This document shows positions 22,895 to 35,402 of a DNA stretch of 64,000 nt, piece by piece (the first letter of the stretch is position 1; each line of letters begins with the position of its first letter). Below the pieces are notes generated by a model that was not told where the DNA came from, made no database searches, and was given only the letters and a program-made list of their open reading frames with translations. The translations under genes were made by a program, and so were the position numbers. The stretch comes from Haliotis cracherodii (lineage: Eukaryota), in contig NW_027266267.1 in assembly GCF_022045235.1 (NCBI RefSeq), positions 29,016,001 to 29,080,000 on the forward strand, in the 5' to 3' direction.

Positions 22895-25770
22895 AAATCA
22901 GTGTAACGAGGCCAGGTGAGGTCAACGTAGGGTGGTTAGGTGGTGATCTGTGTAACGAGGTCAGGTGGAGATCAGTGTAACGAGGTCAGGTGGAGATCTG
23001 TGTAACGAAGTTAGGTGGAGATCTGTGTAGGGTGGTCAGGTGGAGATCTGTATAACGAGGTCAGTCTAGGGAGGTCAGTGGAGGTCAGTGTAACGAGGTC
23101 AGGTGGAGATCTGTGTAACGAGGTCAGGTGGAGATCTGTGTAACAAAGTTAGGTGGAGATCTGTGTAGGGTGGTCAAGTGGAGGTCAGTGTAGGGTGGTC
23201 AGGTGGAGATCTTTGTAACGAGGTCAGGTGGAGATCTTTGTAACGAGGTCAGGTGGAGATCTGTTTAACGAGGAGATCTGTGTAGGGTGGTCAGGTGGAG
23301 ATCTGTGTAACGAAGTCAGGTGGAGATCAGTGTAACGAGGTCAGGTGGAGATCTGTGTAACGAGGTCAGGTGGAGATCTGTGTAGGGTGGTCAGGTGGAG
23401 ATCTGTATAGGCCAGGTGAGGTCAACGTAGGGTGGTTAGGTGGTGATCTGTATAACGAGGTCAGGTTGAGATCAGTGTAACGAGGTCAGGTGGAGATCTG
23501 TGTAACGAAGTTAGGTGGAGATCTGTGTAGGGTGGTCAGGTGGAGATCTGTATAACGAGGTCAGTCTAGGGAGGTCAGTGGAGGTCAGTGTAACGAGGTC
23601 AGGTGGAGATCTGTGTAACGAGGTCAGGTGGAGATCTGTGTAACAAAGTTAGGTGGAGATCTGTGTAGGGTGGTCAAGTGGAGGTCAGTGTAGGGTGGTC
23701 AGGTGGAGATCTTTGTAACGAGGTCAGGTGGAGATCTTTGTAACGAGGTCAGGTGGAGATCTGTTTAACGAGGAGATCTGTGTAGGGTGGTCAGGTGGAG
23801 ATCTGTGTAACGAAGTCAGGTGGAGATCAGTGTAACGAGGTCAGGTGGAGATCTGTGTAACGAGGTCAGGTGGAGATCTGTGTAGGGTGGTCAGGTGGAG
23901 ATCTGTGTAACGAGGTCAGGTGGAGATCAGTGATGGGTGGTCAGGTGGAGGTTTGTGTAGGGTGGTCAGGTGGAGATCTGTGTAACGAGGTCAGGTGGAG
24001 ATCAGTGTAACGAGGTCAGGTGGAGGTCAGTGTAGGGAGGTCAGGTGGAGATCTGTGTAACGAGGTCAGGTGGAGATCTGTGTAACGAGGTCAGGTGGAG
24101 ATCTGTGTAACGAGGTCAGGTGGAGATCTGTGTAACGAGGTCAGGTGGAGGTTTGTGTAGGGTGGTCAGGTGGAGATCTGTGTAACGAGGTCAGGTGGAG
24201 ATCAGTGTAACGAGGTCAGGTGGAGATCTGTGTAGGGTGGTCAGGTGGAGGTCAGGAATGGGTGGTCAGGTGGAGATCTGTGTAGGGAGGTCAGGTGGAG
24301 ATCTGTGTAGGGTGGTCAGGTGGAGATCTGTGTAACGAGATCACGTGGAGGTCAGTGTAGGGAGGTCAGGTGGAGATCTGTGTAACGAGGTCAGGTGGAG
24401 ATCTGTGTAACGAGGTCAGGTGGAGATCTGTGTAGGGTGGTCAGGTGGAGGTCAGGAATGGGTGGTCAGGTGGAGATCTGTGTAGGGAGGTCAGGTGGAG
24501 ATCTGTGTAGGGTGGTCAGGTGGAGATCTGTGTAACGAGATCACGTGGAGGTCAGTGTAGGGAGGTCAGGTGGAGATCAGTGTAACGAGGTCAGGTGGAG
24601 ATCTGTGTAACGAGGTCAGGTGGAGATCTGTGTAACGAGGTCAGGTGGTGATTTGTGTAACGAGGTCAGGTGGAGGTCAGTGTAACGAGGTCAGGTGGAG
24701 GTCAGTGGAGTTTAGTGTAGGGAGGTCAGGTGGAGATCTGTGTAACGAGGTCAGGTGGAGGTCAGGAATGGGTGGTCAGGTGAAGATCTGTGTAGGGAGG
24801 TCAGGTTGAGATCTGTGTAACGAGGTCAGGTGGAGGTCAGTGTAGGGAGGTCAGGTGGAGGTCAGGAATGGGTGGTCAGGTGGAGATCTGTGTAGGGTGG
24901 TCAGGTGGAGAACTGTGTAACGAGATCACGTGGAGGTCAGTGTAGGGAGGTCAGGTGGAGATCTGTGTAACGAGGTCAGGTGGAGATCTGTGTAACGAGG
25001 TCAGGTGGAGATCTGTGTAACGAGGTCAGATGGTGATCTGTGTAACGAGGTCAGGTGGAGGTCAGTGTAACGAGGTCAGGTGGAGGTCAGTGGAGTTTAG
25101 TGTAGGGAGGTCAGGTGGAGATCTGTGTAACGAGGTCAGGTGGAGGTCAGGAATGGGTGGTCAGGTGAAGATCTGTGTAGGGAGGTCAGGTGGAGATCTG
25201 TGTAGGGTGGTCAGGTGGAGGTCAGTGATGGGTGGTTAGGTGGAGATCTGTGTATCGAGGTCAGGTGGAGATCTGTGTAGGGTGGTCAGGTGGATATCAG
25301 TGTAACGAGGTCAGGTGGAGATCTGTGTAACGAGGTCAGGTGGAGATCTGTGTAACGAGGTCAGGTGGAGATCAGTGTAACGAGGTCATGTGGAGGTCAT
25401 TGTAGGGAGGTCAGGTGGAAATCTGTGTAGGGTGGTCAGGTAGAGGTCAATGTAGAGCGGTCAGGTGAGATATGTGTAGGGTGGTCAGGTTGAGACCTGT
25501 GTAGGGAGGTCAGGCGGAGATTTGTGTAGGGTGTTCAGGTGGAGACCTGTATAGGGAGGTCAGGTGGAGGCTAATGTAGAGCGGTCAGGGGAGATCTGTG
25601 TACGGAGGTTAGGTTGAGACATGTGTAGGGAGGTCAGGTGGAGATCTGTGTAGGGATGTCAGGTGGAGGTCAGTGTAGATAGGTTGGCTTGAGGTCAGTA
25701 CAGGGAGGTCAAGTGGAGGTCATTGCGTCATGGTCGCGTTGAGATCAGTTTAGATCCGGGTGGAGGTCGT
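22895..25770. repeat. 25/26-bp minisatellite (GTCAGGTGGAGATCTGTGTAACGAG, with a GTAGGGWG variant), ~110 copies
   Basis: Period 25 (e.g. 24061, 24086); 500-bp internal duplication. Confidence 0.97.
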
Positions 25771-26421
25771 TGTTTAGTATCCTAAGAATATGAAATTATG
25801 TCTAATATTGACTGCCGCTCAATAAATCGTGTATCTTTAAAAAAAAAATATTTTTTCATATTTTTTTGCAACATGTGTCACCTGATTTAAACAAAGGAGG
25901 GAAACACTTGTTATCGCCTTTGACGGGTAGATTAAGAAGATATTAAATATTAATGAAATTGTTTTGCCTTGTCTACAGTTTCAAAGTGTCTTATTAGATA
26001 ATGAAATATGTTCTTCCTCTGGCAGTTTACATGGCCGATAACAGTAACCAGTGACACAAATCATAATTTACTTAATAATTCAGGACCTATAATCTTCTGG
26101 CGTTCATAAATCACTGCATTAACAAGAAGCACTAAGAAAAGAAAATTATCTTAGTTACATTTTCTTTTACGGGTAGAAATTGATGAACTTGGACATCGTC
26201 AAGAAAGCTTGTTGTAACAACAAATATTATTTTAATAATGCACAAATGAGATAAATATAATATCGGGATGTTTCATAAAAAGTTTAATCAAATAATTAGC
26301 TCTCTTACGCTGCAATTGGTTCATTTATGAGTGAATTCTATTTTTGATAGGAACCGAGCTCTTAACAGTGTTCCTGACGTATGCCGATAAAATAAATAAT
26401 GTGCATTGTGCATATTTATAA

Positions 26422-26554
26422 TGAGGGTGGGGGTGTGTGGGGATGGGGGTGAGGATGGTGGTGGAGTAGGGGTTGGGTGAGGGGATGCGGGTTGTGCATG
26501 TGTGTGTGTGTGTGGGAGGGGGGGGGGGGGGGGAGGGTGGGTGGGGGTGGGGGG
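26422..26554. repeat. G-rich low-complexity tract with (TG)n and poly-G
   Basis: Direct reading. Confidence 0.85.
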
Positions 26555-27019
26555 TTATAATGAAACTGATTTTGAAATCAGAGTGACTATCATTATGAGA
26601 GACCTCTATGTATTTCATGGTAGGTATTAACGGCATTGAATGGATTTGAGGGCGATGTTATCTGCTAGAAGGCGTTTGGATAGTGATCTTCAACATTCTA
26701 CAGTAGTCATGTGTTTATGATATTTGAGTGGCGTTGAGATGTTTATATCCCAAATAAACTAACGCCATGAAGCAAACCCCCATTATGACGTCATGAACAA
26801 AGGGCGACAACTGCTGTAACGTTGTAAGTATTCTCTGTTTAAGTGATGGGGTAGAAAGGGTGGCCGTTCTGAAATCCCTCCCTTACCTGACAGCCGCCAT
26901 GGTTTGAAATCCGAGTTTCGTCCCGTTTATGATGTTTTAGCTTTAAACTATATTCTTAGATTGTTTTAAGAAAAATAGAGAGTTAAGATAAATACTGTTT
27001 AAAGCGTGAATGTGGAGGA

Positions 27020-28205
27020 GTAAAGATATCACTGTCTTCCTCGATAAGGAGGTTTGTTTAAGGCATTATTGTCTGTATGGAGAAGTAGCGGTTAAGGCAT
27101 CACTGTCTGTAAGGATAAGGAGCGGCCCAAGGTACTAGTATCACTGTATGGAGAAGTAGTGGTTAAGGTATCACTGTCTGTATAGGGGAAGAAGCGGTTA
27201 AAGCATCACTGTCTGTATAGGGGAAGTAGCGGTTAAGGCATCACTGTCTGTATGGAGAAGTAGCGGTTAAGGCATCACTGTCTGTATGGAGAAGTAGCGG
27301 TTAAGGCATCACTGTCTGTATAGGAGAAGTAGCGGTTAAGGCATCACTGTCTGTAAGGATAAGTAGCGGCTAAGGTACTAGTATCACTGTATGGAGAAGT
27401 AAGGGTTAAGGCAGCACTGTCTGTATTCAGAAGTAGTGGTTAAGGCATCACTGTCTGTATGGGAAAGTAGCGGTTAAGGCATCACTGTCTGTATTAAGAA
27501 GTAGTGGTTAAGGCATCACTGTCTGTATAGGGGAAGTAGCGGTTAAGACATCACTGTCTGTATGGAGAAGTAGCGGTTAAGGCAGCACTGTATGTATGCA
27601 GAAGTAGCGGTTAAGGCATTACTGTCTGTATAGGGGAAGTAGCGGTTAAAGCATCACTGTCTATATGGAGAAGTAGTGGTTAAGGCAGCACTGTCTGTAT
27701 GGAGAAGTAGCGGCTAGGGTACTAGTATCACTGTATGGAGAAGCAGCGGTTAAGGCATCACTGTCTGTATAGGGGAAGTAGCGGTTAAGACATCACTGTC
27801 TGTATAGGGGAAGTAGTGGTTAAGGTATCACTGTCTGTATGGAGAAGTAGCGGTTAAGGCAGCACTGTCTGTAAGGAAAAGTAGCGGTTAAGGTATCACT
27901 GTCTGTGTGCAGAAGTGTCGGTTAAGGCATCACTGTCTGTAAGGAAAAGTAGCGGTTAAGGTATCACTGCATGGAGAAGGAGTGGTTAAGGCATCACTCT
28001 CTGTATAGGGGAAGAAGCGGTTAAGAATCACTGTCTGTATAGGGGGAAAAGCGGTAAAGGCATCACTGTCTGTATTGAAAAGTAACGATTAAGGCAGCAC
28101 TGTTTAAGTCATCAGTGTCTGTCTGTATGTAATTGTTTAAGTCATCAGTGTCTGTCTGTGTGTGATTGTTTGAGTCATCAGCGTCTGTCTGAATGTTATG
28201 GTTAA
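27020..28205. repeat. 34-35-bp minisatellite (GCATCACTGTCTGTATGGAGAAGTAGCGGTTAAG), ~31 copies, plus three derived ~33-bp units at the right end
   Basis: Period 34 (27241, 27275). Confidence 0.96.
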
Positions 28206-29924
28206 GAGGTTCCCTCTATTAGAAGGCATGTTGTTCGAATTTCTGATTTTATAAGTTATTTTTAAGAAATTTCTGCTTACTGAAGAATGTTTTAAGTAAC
28301 ATTTCTAGGAAGGTAATGATATGAATAACTACGAAAGTAAATACAGTAGCAGTGTCTCTCCGGGGACAACTGGTTTACCAAGTATACCTTCTTTTATACT
28401 TGAATCTTTGGCTTGTAGCGTATGAAGTCTGGCGATGACACGAGTGAAAAGGGCAGAATGGCACAAAGGCGTTACGGGAACCTTTAGTTTCAGGACAAAG
28501 TGTACAGAGGGCACTCTAGGAAATTAATAAATTTATGATTAAATTTTGTTGAATTTCTTTGGGATGTTATGGAGACTGGTGTCTAATTGTTGCTGAGATT
28601 GTAAAACGATATTTGTTTATTCGAACTGCTCAAGTGAGAAACTGCGTTATCACGAAATGGATAGTGGATAGTCACAATCGGATAATTATGCCCATGAGGT
28701 CACCCAGCTTTTAGCAAGGCAGATACATCCATGCGATGCAAACTTGCCAAAATCTTCTCTGTTGCCTAACTTTACCAATGGGTTCAGACATAGGTGTCCT
28801 GATGTGTGAGTGCTAAAATGAATATACATGGCTGCAAATCATTTGGCACTATAAAATCTATATTTTGGTTCATTCAGACATTGTAATCAAACGGCTTTTC
28901 TGAAGTTCCCTTTGTGAATGAAAGCATGTCGTTCATTTGGGTTTCTTTTAAGAATGACATAAAAGGACAAGAGATTATTACCCCGTGTGAAAGTATGTAT
29001 CTATCAAATACCAAAGGATTGCCTGCAAAGTGTTTGTTCCTAGTATATGCTCCTCACAATACGACACCGCTGTTAATCTCTGTGTAGACTGAACCAAAGG
29101 TACTATCGACAGGAGTCACCTATATATTCTGTCGCGGAAATTTCGAGCAGATTAGGGTAACAGTATACCACGGCCGTTGTAACATTGAAAGCATTATCCA
29201 TTTTACGAATGCGTTACCATGGTTTTAGATTGGTGTGGTGATGGAAACACTCTGTAAACCCTTGTGTTCTGACGTCCAGAGACGGCGCGAACTATTTACC
29301 ATCTATGGAAAAAACAAACGATTTTAGAAAAAAATGAATTTCAGTTACGGTGTTCATCAAAGTTTGCGTGCATTTTGCAGGGGGATCGTTGAGTATTATG
29401 TTGCATAATATCACGGATGTCGTCAACAGCTCGACGGACGTTCACATCAAGGTGTGGGTGGAGTCCGCCATTACGTATAGAGTGGACTCGTAACCTTGGT
29501 AACTCAAAAATAAATAGCGAAGCATGTGTTCATAGGTCCAGAATCTACCAGGTTAGGAAACTGCTTATTTGTTCTTAAATTTTCAATAAATGGAAAGCGA
29601 AATCAATACTGATTCTCAGACAAAACGTCGTCGGGGTAACCGCTGTGGATGTCGTGTTCTTCTTCCCCAAACACCATTCTCTACTAAATGCGTTTAGACA
29701 TACAGAAACCGGTAACAGGTGCAATATTTGAATAGGTTATAAGCAGTTAATTTGGTCAGGTATCAATTATACAAGTGCGATGAATTGATTTGTGTTTCAT
29801 ATGCTATGTGGGCTGAGAAGACTAGTTCTTGAATTTTGCTCGTTTTAAATTCACCCCGACACCTGGTGTCTTCATTGTAATAACAGTAATTTTGAGACAT
29901 GTCCCTAACTTGTGACACGTATTT

Positions 29925-29986
29925 GTGGTGTGTGTGCGTACGTGTGCGTGTGTGTGTCTGTGTGTGTGCGTGTGCATGTGTGTGTG
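29925..29986. repeat. (TG/CG)n alternating purine-pyrimidine microsatellite
   Basis: Direct reading. Confidence 0.9.
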
Positions 29987-30535
29987 GGGAGGTGTATTTA
30001 TGGTTGTTGGGTGGGGTGTGTGTATGGGTTTGTGTGGGGGCGATGTGGGGTGAGATGGCGGTGTTACTACACAGTATATGCAGCGAGCAATTATCTTTTT
30101 GATAAAACCTGTAGCAAAATGTTTGTTCCGTTTTTTTTCTGGAACATATTATTCTTCAAAATCAATCCCACCAAGTGATAATGGCGATTCTTAACTAATG
30201 GACATACTGGGGATTCTGAGAGTGTACAATTTTATGACCGGTTATGACAAATAGGCAATGATATAAATAATGACCCCGACTCCAGTTTATACCCCTAGAC
30301 AGTGAAGAGGTCTTTACCCTCATGTTTCGTCCACAACACTGTATAATTATGTTCACTGTCAAGAATCCTACTTGGAGTATCATAAAACAATGAACTGGAC
30401 GCTGTATATTTCAGCGCTGACAAAACGCAAATGTAAACTGGTCATCCTGACCTAGTTATTCCAGGAGATGACCATATCCCAATGTTCCTTATGTGTTATA
30501 TTAAGATTAATCTATAATATTTTGCTAGTGTCAAT

Positions 30536-30636
30536 CGAGGTGCTAGGCTCGTGGTTGTAACATTCACTCGCAACGCCGCAGGCCCAGGTTCTTTTCCCAA
30601 CAATGTAGAGTGTGTGAAGTCTATTCGTGGTGTTTT
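30536..30636 (+). mobile_element. SINE family 1, 5' part only
   Basis: GTGGTTGTAACATTCACTCGCAACGCCGCAGGCCCAGGTTCTTTTCCC..GTGTGAAGTCTATTCGTGGTGT is collinear with the head and body of the copy at 35234-35402. Confidence 0.8.
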
Positions 30637-31115
30637 AGAAATATTTCATGAATATTGGCACCACAGAAATATTTCCTGAATGTGAGAACCAGAGAAATAT
30701 TTAATTGATATGAGCTCCAAATAGATAGTTTGTTAATATAGGCACAAGGGAGATATTTCATGAATATAAGCCCCAGACAGGTATTTTGTGAATGAAGGCA
30801 CAAGAGAAATTAATGATATTTGTGAATATGGGCACAAGAGAAATAATTCATTAATATGAAGCTCAGCGAGTTTTTGTGTGTAAATATTAGCCCGACGGAA
30901 TGAATGTTGCACCAGTGTAATATTTCATGAATATGAGAAGCAGAGACATATCTAATTGATAAGAGCTCAAAAAAGATGTTTTGTGAATGTGGGCACAAGA
31001 GAGATATTTCATTAATATTAGCTCCAAAAAGATATTTTGTGACTATAAGCACAAGAAAGATATCTCATTCATATGAAGTCCCGAGAGATATTTTGAGCAC
31101 AAGGTAAATAATATT
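30637..31115 (-). repeat. Degenerate 28-bp satellite units in inverted orientation
   Basis: GAATGTGAGAACCAGAGAAATATTT and GAATGTGGGCACAAGAGAGATATTTC match the reverse complement of the unit at 31167-32578. Confidence 0.88.
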
Positions 31116-31121
31116 TGAATA

Positions 31122-31170
31122 TGAGTGAATTACAATTTAACGACACCTTAGCAATATTTCAGCCATTTCA
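31122..31170 (-). mobile_element. SINE 3' tail, inverted
   Basis: Reverse complement TGAAATGGCTGAAATATTGCTAAGGTGTCGTTAAATTGTAATTCACTCA matches the family tail. Confidence 0.8.
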
Positions 31171-32578
31171 AGAAATATCTCTCTGGTGCTCACATTCAAG
31201 AAATATCTCTCTGGTGCTCACATTCAAGAAGTATCTCTCTGGTGCTCACATTCAAGAAATATCTCTCTGGTGCTCACATTCAAGAAATATCTCTCTGGTG
31301 CTTACATTCAAGAAATATCTCTCTGGTGCTCATATTCAAGAAATATCTCTCTGGTGCTCACATTCAAGAAATATCTCTCTGGTGCTCATATTCAAGAAGT
31401 ATCTCTCTGGTGCTCACATTCGAGATATATCTCTCTGGTGCTTTATTTCAAGAAGTATCTCTCTGGTGCTCACATTCAAGAAATATCTCTCTGGTGCTCA
31501 CATTCAAGAAATATCTCTCTGGTGCTCACTTTCAAGAAATATCTCTCTGGTGCCCACATTCAAGAAATATCTCTCTGGTGCTCATATTCAAGAAATATCT
31601 CTCTGGTGCCCACATTCAAGAAGTATCTCTCTGGTGCTCATATTCAAGAAATATCTCTCTGGTGCTCACATTCAAGAAATATCTCTCTGGTGCTTACATT
31701 CAAGAAATATCTCTCTGGTGCTCACATTCAAGAAATATCTCTCTGGTGCTCACATTCAAGAAATATCTCTCTGGTGCTCACATTCAAGAAATATCTCTCT
31801 GGTGCTCACATTCAAGAAATATCTCTCTGGTGCTTACATTCAAGAAATATCTCTCTGGTGCTCACATTCAAGAAATATCTCTCTGGTGCTCACATTCAAG
31901 AAATATCTCTCTGGTGCTCATATTCAAGAAATATCTCTCTGGTGCTCACATTCGAGATATATCTCTCTGGTGCTTTATTTCAAGAAATATCTCTCTGGTG
32001 CTCACATTTAAGAAATATCTCTCTGGTGCTCACTTTCAAGAAATATCTCTCTGGTGCCCACATTCAAGAAATATCTCTCTGGTGCTCATATTCAAGAAAT
32101 ATCTCTCTGGTGCTCACATTCAAGAAATATCTCTCTGGTGCTCATATTCAAGAAGTATCTCTCTGGTGCTCATATTCAAGAAATATCTCTCTGGTGCTCA
32201 CATTTAAGAAATATCCCTCTGGTGCTTACATTCAAGAAATATCTCTCTGGTGCTCATATTCAAGAAATATCTCTCTGGTGCTCACATTCAAGAAGTATCT
32301 CTCTTGTGCTCACATTCAAGAAACATCTCTCTGGTGCTCATATTCAAGAAATATCTCTCTGGTGCTCACATTCAAGAAATATCTCTCTGGTGCTCACATT
32401 CAAGAAGTATCTCTCTGGTGCTTACATTCAAGAAATATCTCTCTGGTGCTCACATTCAAGAAGTATCTCTCTTGTGCTCACATTCAAGAAACATCTCTCT
32501 GGTGCTCATATTCAAGAAATATCTCTCTGGTGCTCACATTCAAGAAATATCTCTCTGGTGCTCACATTCAAGAAATAT
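31167..32578 (+). repeat. Homogeneous 28-bp minisatellite (CAAGAAATATCTCTCTGGTGCTCACATT), ~50 copies
   Basis: Exact period 28 with few substitutions. Confidence 0.99.
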
Positions 32579-32734
32579 GGGTGAGACAGTTGGTGTTCTT
32601 GGCCTTGGTGGTATTGATCATGAATGCTGTATAAATGAGGAGGTCTCCGCGAAGGTGAGATTTGTGATGGTTCAATTGGACTTGAGATCGTTGAGATCGT
32701 CTGTGATGGTAGATGTTGCGGAGTTTTAATGGGA

Positions 32735-34960
32735 AAGATCGTGTGTGGTGTTACAAGGTGGATGTTTGCAGGATGAGACCTGTGTGACAGAACAAGGTTG
32801 ACTTGGGCTGGATGAGATTTTGTGTAAAGGTACAATATGGACTTGGGCTGGACGAGATTGTGTGTGATGGTACATATCATGGCCTTTGACTGGGTGAGAT
32901 TGTGTGTGATGGTTCAATATGGACTTGGGCTGGGTGATATTGTGTGTGATGGTACATATCATGGACTTGGACTGTGTGAGATTATGTCTGATGGTTCAAT
33001 ATGGACTTGGACTGAGTGATATTGTGTGTGATGGCATATATCTTGGACTTGGACTGGATTAGATGGTTTGTGATGTAACATATCATGGACTTTGAGTGGT
33101 TGAGATTATGTGCACTGGTACATATCATGGACTTGGGCTGGGTGAAATTGTATGTAATGGTACATATTATGGACTTGGACTGGATGAGATTGTTTGTGAT
33201 GGTACATATTATGGACTTGGACAGGGTGAAATTGTGTGTGATGGTACATATCATGGACTTTGAGTGGTTGAGATTATGTGTGATGGTACATATCTTGGAC
33301 TTGGACTGGGTGAGATTGTGTGTGATGGTTCAATATGGACTTTGGCTGGGTGATATTGTGTGTGATGGTACATATCATGGACTTGGACTGTGTGAGATTA
33401 TGTCTGATGGTTCAATATGGACTTGGACTGAGTGATATTGTGTGTGATGGCATATATCTTGGACTTGGACTAGATTAGATGGTTTGTGATGTAACATATC
33501 ATGGACTTTGAGTGGTGGAGATTATGTGTAATGGTACATATCATGGACTTGGGCTGAGTGAAATTGTATGTAATGGTACATATTATGGACTTGGACTGGG
33601 TGAGATTGTTTGTGATGGTACATATTATGGACTTGGACTGGGTGAAATTGTGTGTGATGGTACATATCATGGACTTTGAGTGGTTGAGATTATGTGTGAT
33701 GGTACATATCTTGGACTTGGACTTGGTGAGATTGTTTGTGATGGTACATATCATGGCCTTTGACTGGGTGAAATTGTATGTAATGGTACATATCATGGAT
33801 TTGGACTGGGTGAGGTTGTTTGTGATGGTTCAATATGGACTTGGACTGCGTGAGATTGTGTGTGATGGTACATATCATGGACTTTTGGTGAGATTGTGTG
33901 TGATGGTACATATCATGGCCTTTGACTGGGTGAGATTGTGAGTGATGGTACATATCATGGACTTGGGCTGGGTGAGATTGTGTGTGATTGTAAATATTAT
34001 GGTATTTGGCTGTGTGAGATTGTGTGTGATGGTACATATTATGGTATTTGGCTGTGTGGGATTATGTGTGATGGTACATATCTTGGACTTGGACTGGATG
34101 AGATGGTTTGTGATGTAACATATCCTGGACTTTGAGTGGTTGAGATTATGTGTAATGGTACATACCATGGACTTGGCCTGGGCGCGATTGTGTGTGAGGT
34201 ACATACCATGGACTTGGGCTGGGCGCGATTGTGTGTGATGGTACATATCATGGCCTTTTGGTGAGAGTGTGTGTTGGTACATATCATGGACTTTTGGTGA
34301 GACTGTGTATGATGGTATATATGATGGACTTTGACTGGGTGAGATTGCGTGTGATTGTAAATATTATGGTATTTGGCTGTGTAAGATTGTGTGTGATGGG
34401 TCAAAATGGACTTGGACTGGGTGAAATTGTATGTAATGGTACATATTATGGACTTGGACTAGGTGAGATTGTTTGGGATGATTCAATATGGACTTGGACT
34501 GCGTGAGATTGTGTGATTGTAAATATTATGGAATTTGACTGGGTGAGATTGTGTGTGATGATTTAATATGGACTTTGAGTGGTTGTGATTATGTGTAATG
34601 GTACATACCATGGCCTTTGACTGAGTGAGATTGTGTGTGACGGTACATATCATGGACTTAGGCTGGGTGAGATTGTGTGTGACGGCACATATCATGGACT
34701 TAGGCTGGGTGAGATTGTGTGTGACGGTACATATTATGGACTTAGGCTGGGTGAGATTGTGTGTGACGGTACATATCATGAACTTAGGCTGGGTGAGATT
34801 GTGAGTGACGGCACATACCATGGCCTTTGACTGGGTGAGATTGTGTGTGACGGCACATATCATGGACTTAGGCTGGGTGAGATTGTGTCTGACGGTACAT
34901 ATCATGGACTTAGGCTGGGTGTGATTGTGTGTGACGGTACATATGATGGTCTGGTGTGAG
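32735..34960. repeat. 42-bp minisatellite (GAGATTGTGTGTGATGGTACATATCATGGACTTGGACTGGGT) with 40-bp variants, ~52 copies
   Basis: Period 42 (14-aa periodic ORFs); 416-bp higher-order duplication. Confidence 0.97.
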
Positions 34961-35233
34961 GGCAAGTATGATAAATGTCAAGTTGATTGTTAATGGTGTA
35001 AATTGGAGTTGAAGACCTGGTAAATAATTGTGTTGACTTTGGTTGTATATTTAGGGCATGCTACATTTCTCCTCAGTTTGAAGTATCCTTTCTGATTTCT
35101 AACAAAGTTGTGTGTGTGTACATGCAACGTATCTCGTTCCTCTTATAGCAGGACACTTAAACAATTGTCTTTTAGAAACCGTAGTTTTAATATAGATACG
35201 GTTGTCTTTTTAAAAGTCTCTATTCTTTTAAGC

Positions 35234-35402
35234 GAGTGAGTGAGTATAGTTTTGTGTTGCTCCACTTTTACCAATATTCCAGCAATATCACGGCGGGAGA
35301 CACCACAAATGAGCTTCACACATTGTACCCATGTCGAGAATCGAAACCGGGTCTTCGACGTGACGAACGAACGCTGTAACTACTAGGCTACCCCACCGCC
35401 CC
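35234..35402 (-). mobile_element. Full-length tRNA-derived SINE (family 1) with 13-bp target-site duplication
   Basis: Minus strand reads GGGGCGGTGGGGTAGCCTAGTAGTTACAGCGTTCGTTCGTCACGTCGAAGACCCGGTTTCGATTCTC...(ACTC)n. TATTCTTTTAAGC occurs at 35221-35233 and 35405-35417. Confidence 0.96.

Noticed and set aside
31167-32578. CRISPR-like array (28-35-bp repeats here and elsewhere)
   Set aside because: Units are head-to-tail with no unique spacers, there are no cas genes, and the context is eukaryotic.
31115-32729. 298-482-aa ORFs in all three plus frames
   Set aside because: The 28-bp unit lacks stop codons and is not a multiple of 3, so this is pure repeat read-through.
32512-34965. 14-aa periodic ORFs resembling a repeat protein
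   Set aside because: Frequent 40-bp units break the frame, both strands are open, and there is no unique coding flank.
35330-35402. Functional tRNA gene
   Set aside because: No acceptor stem or T-run terminator; it continues into SINE body, tail and TSD.
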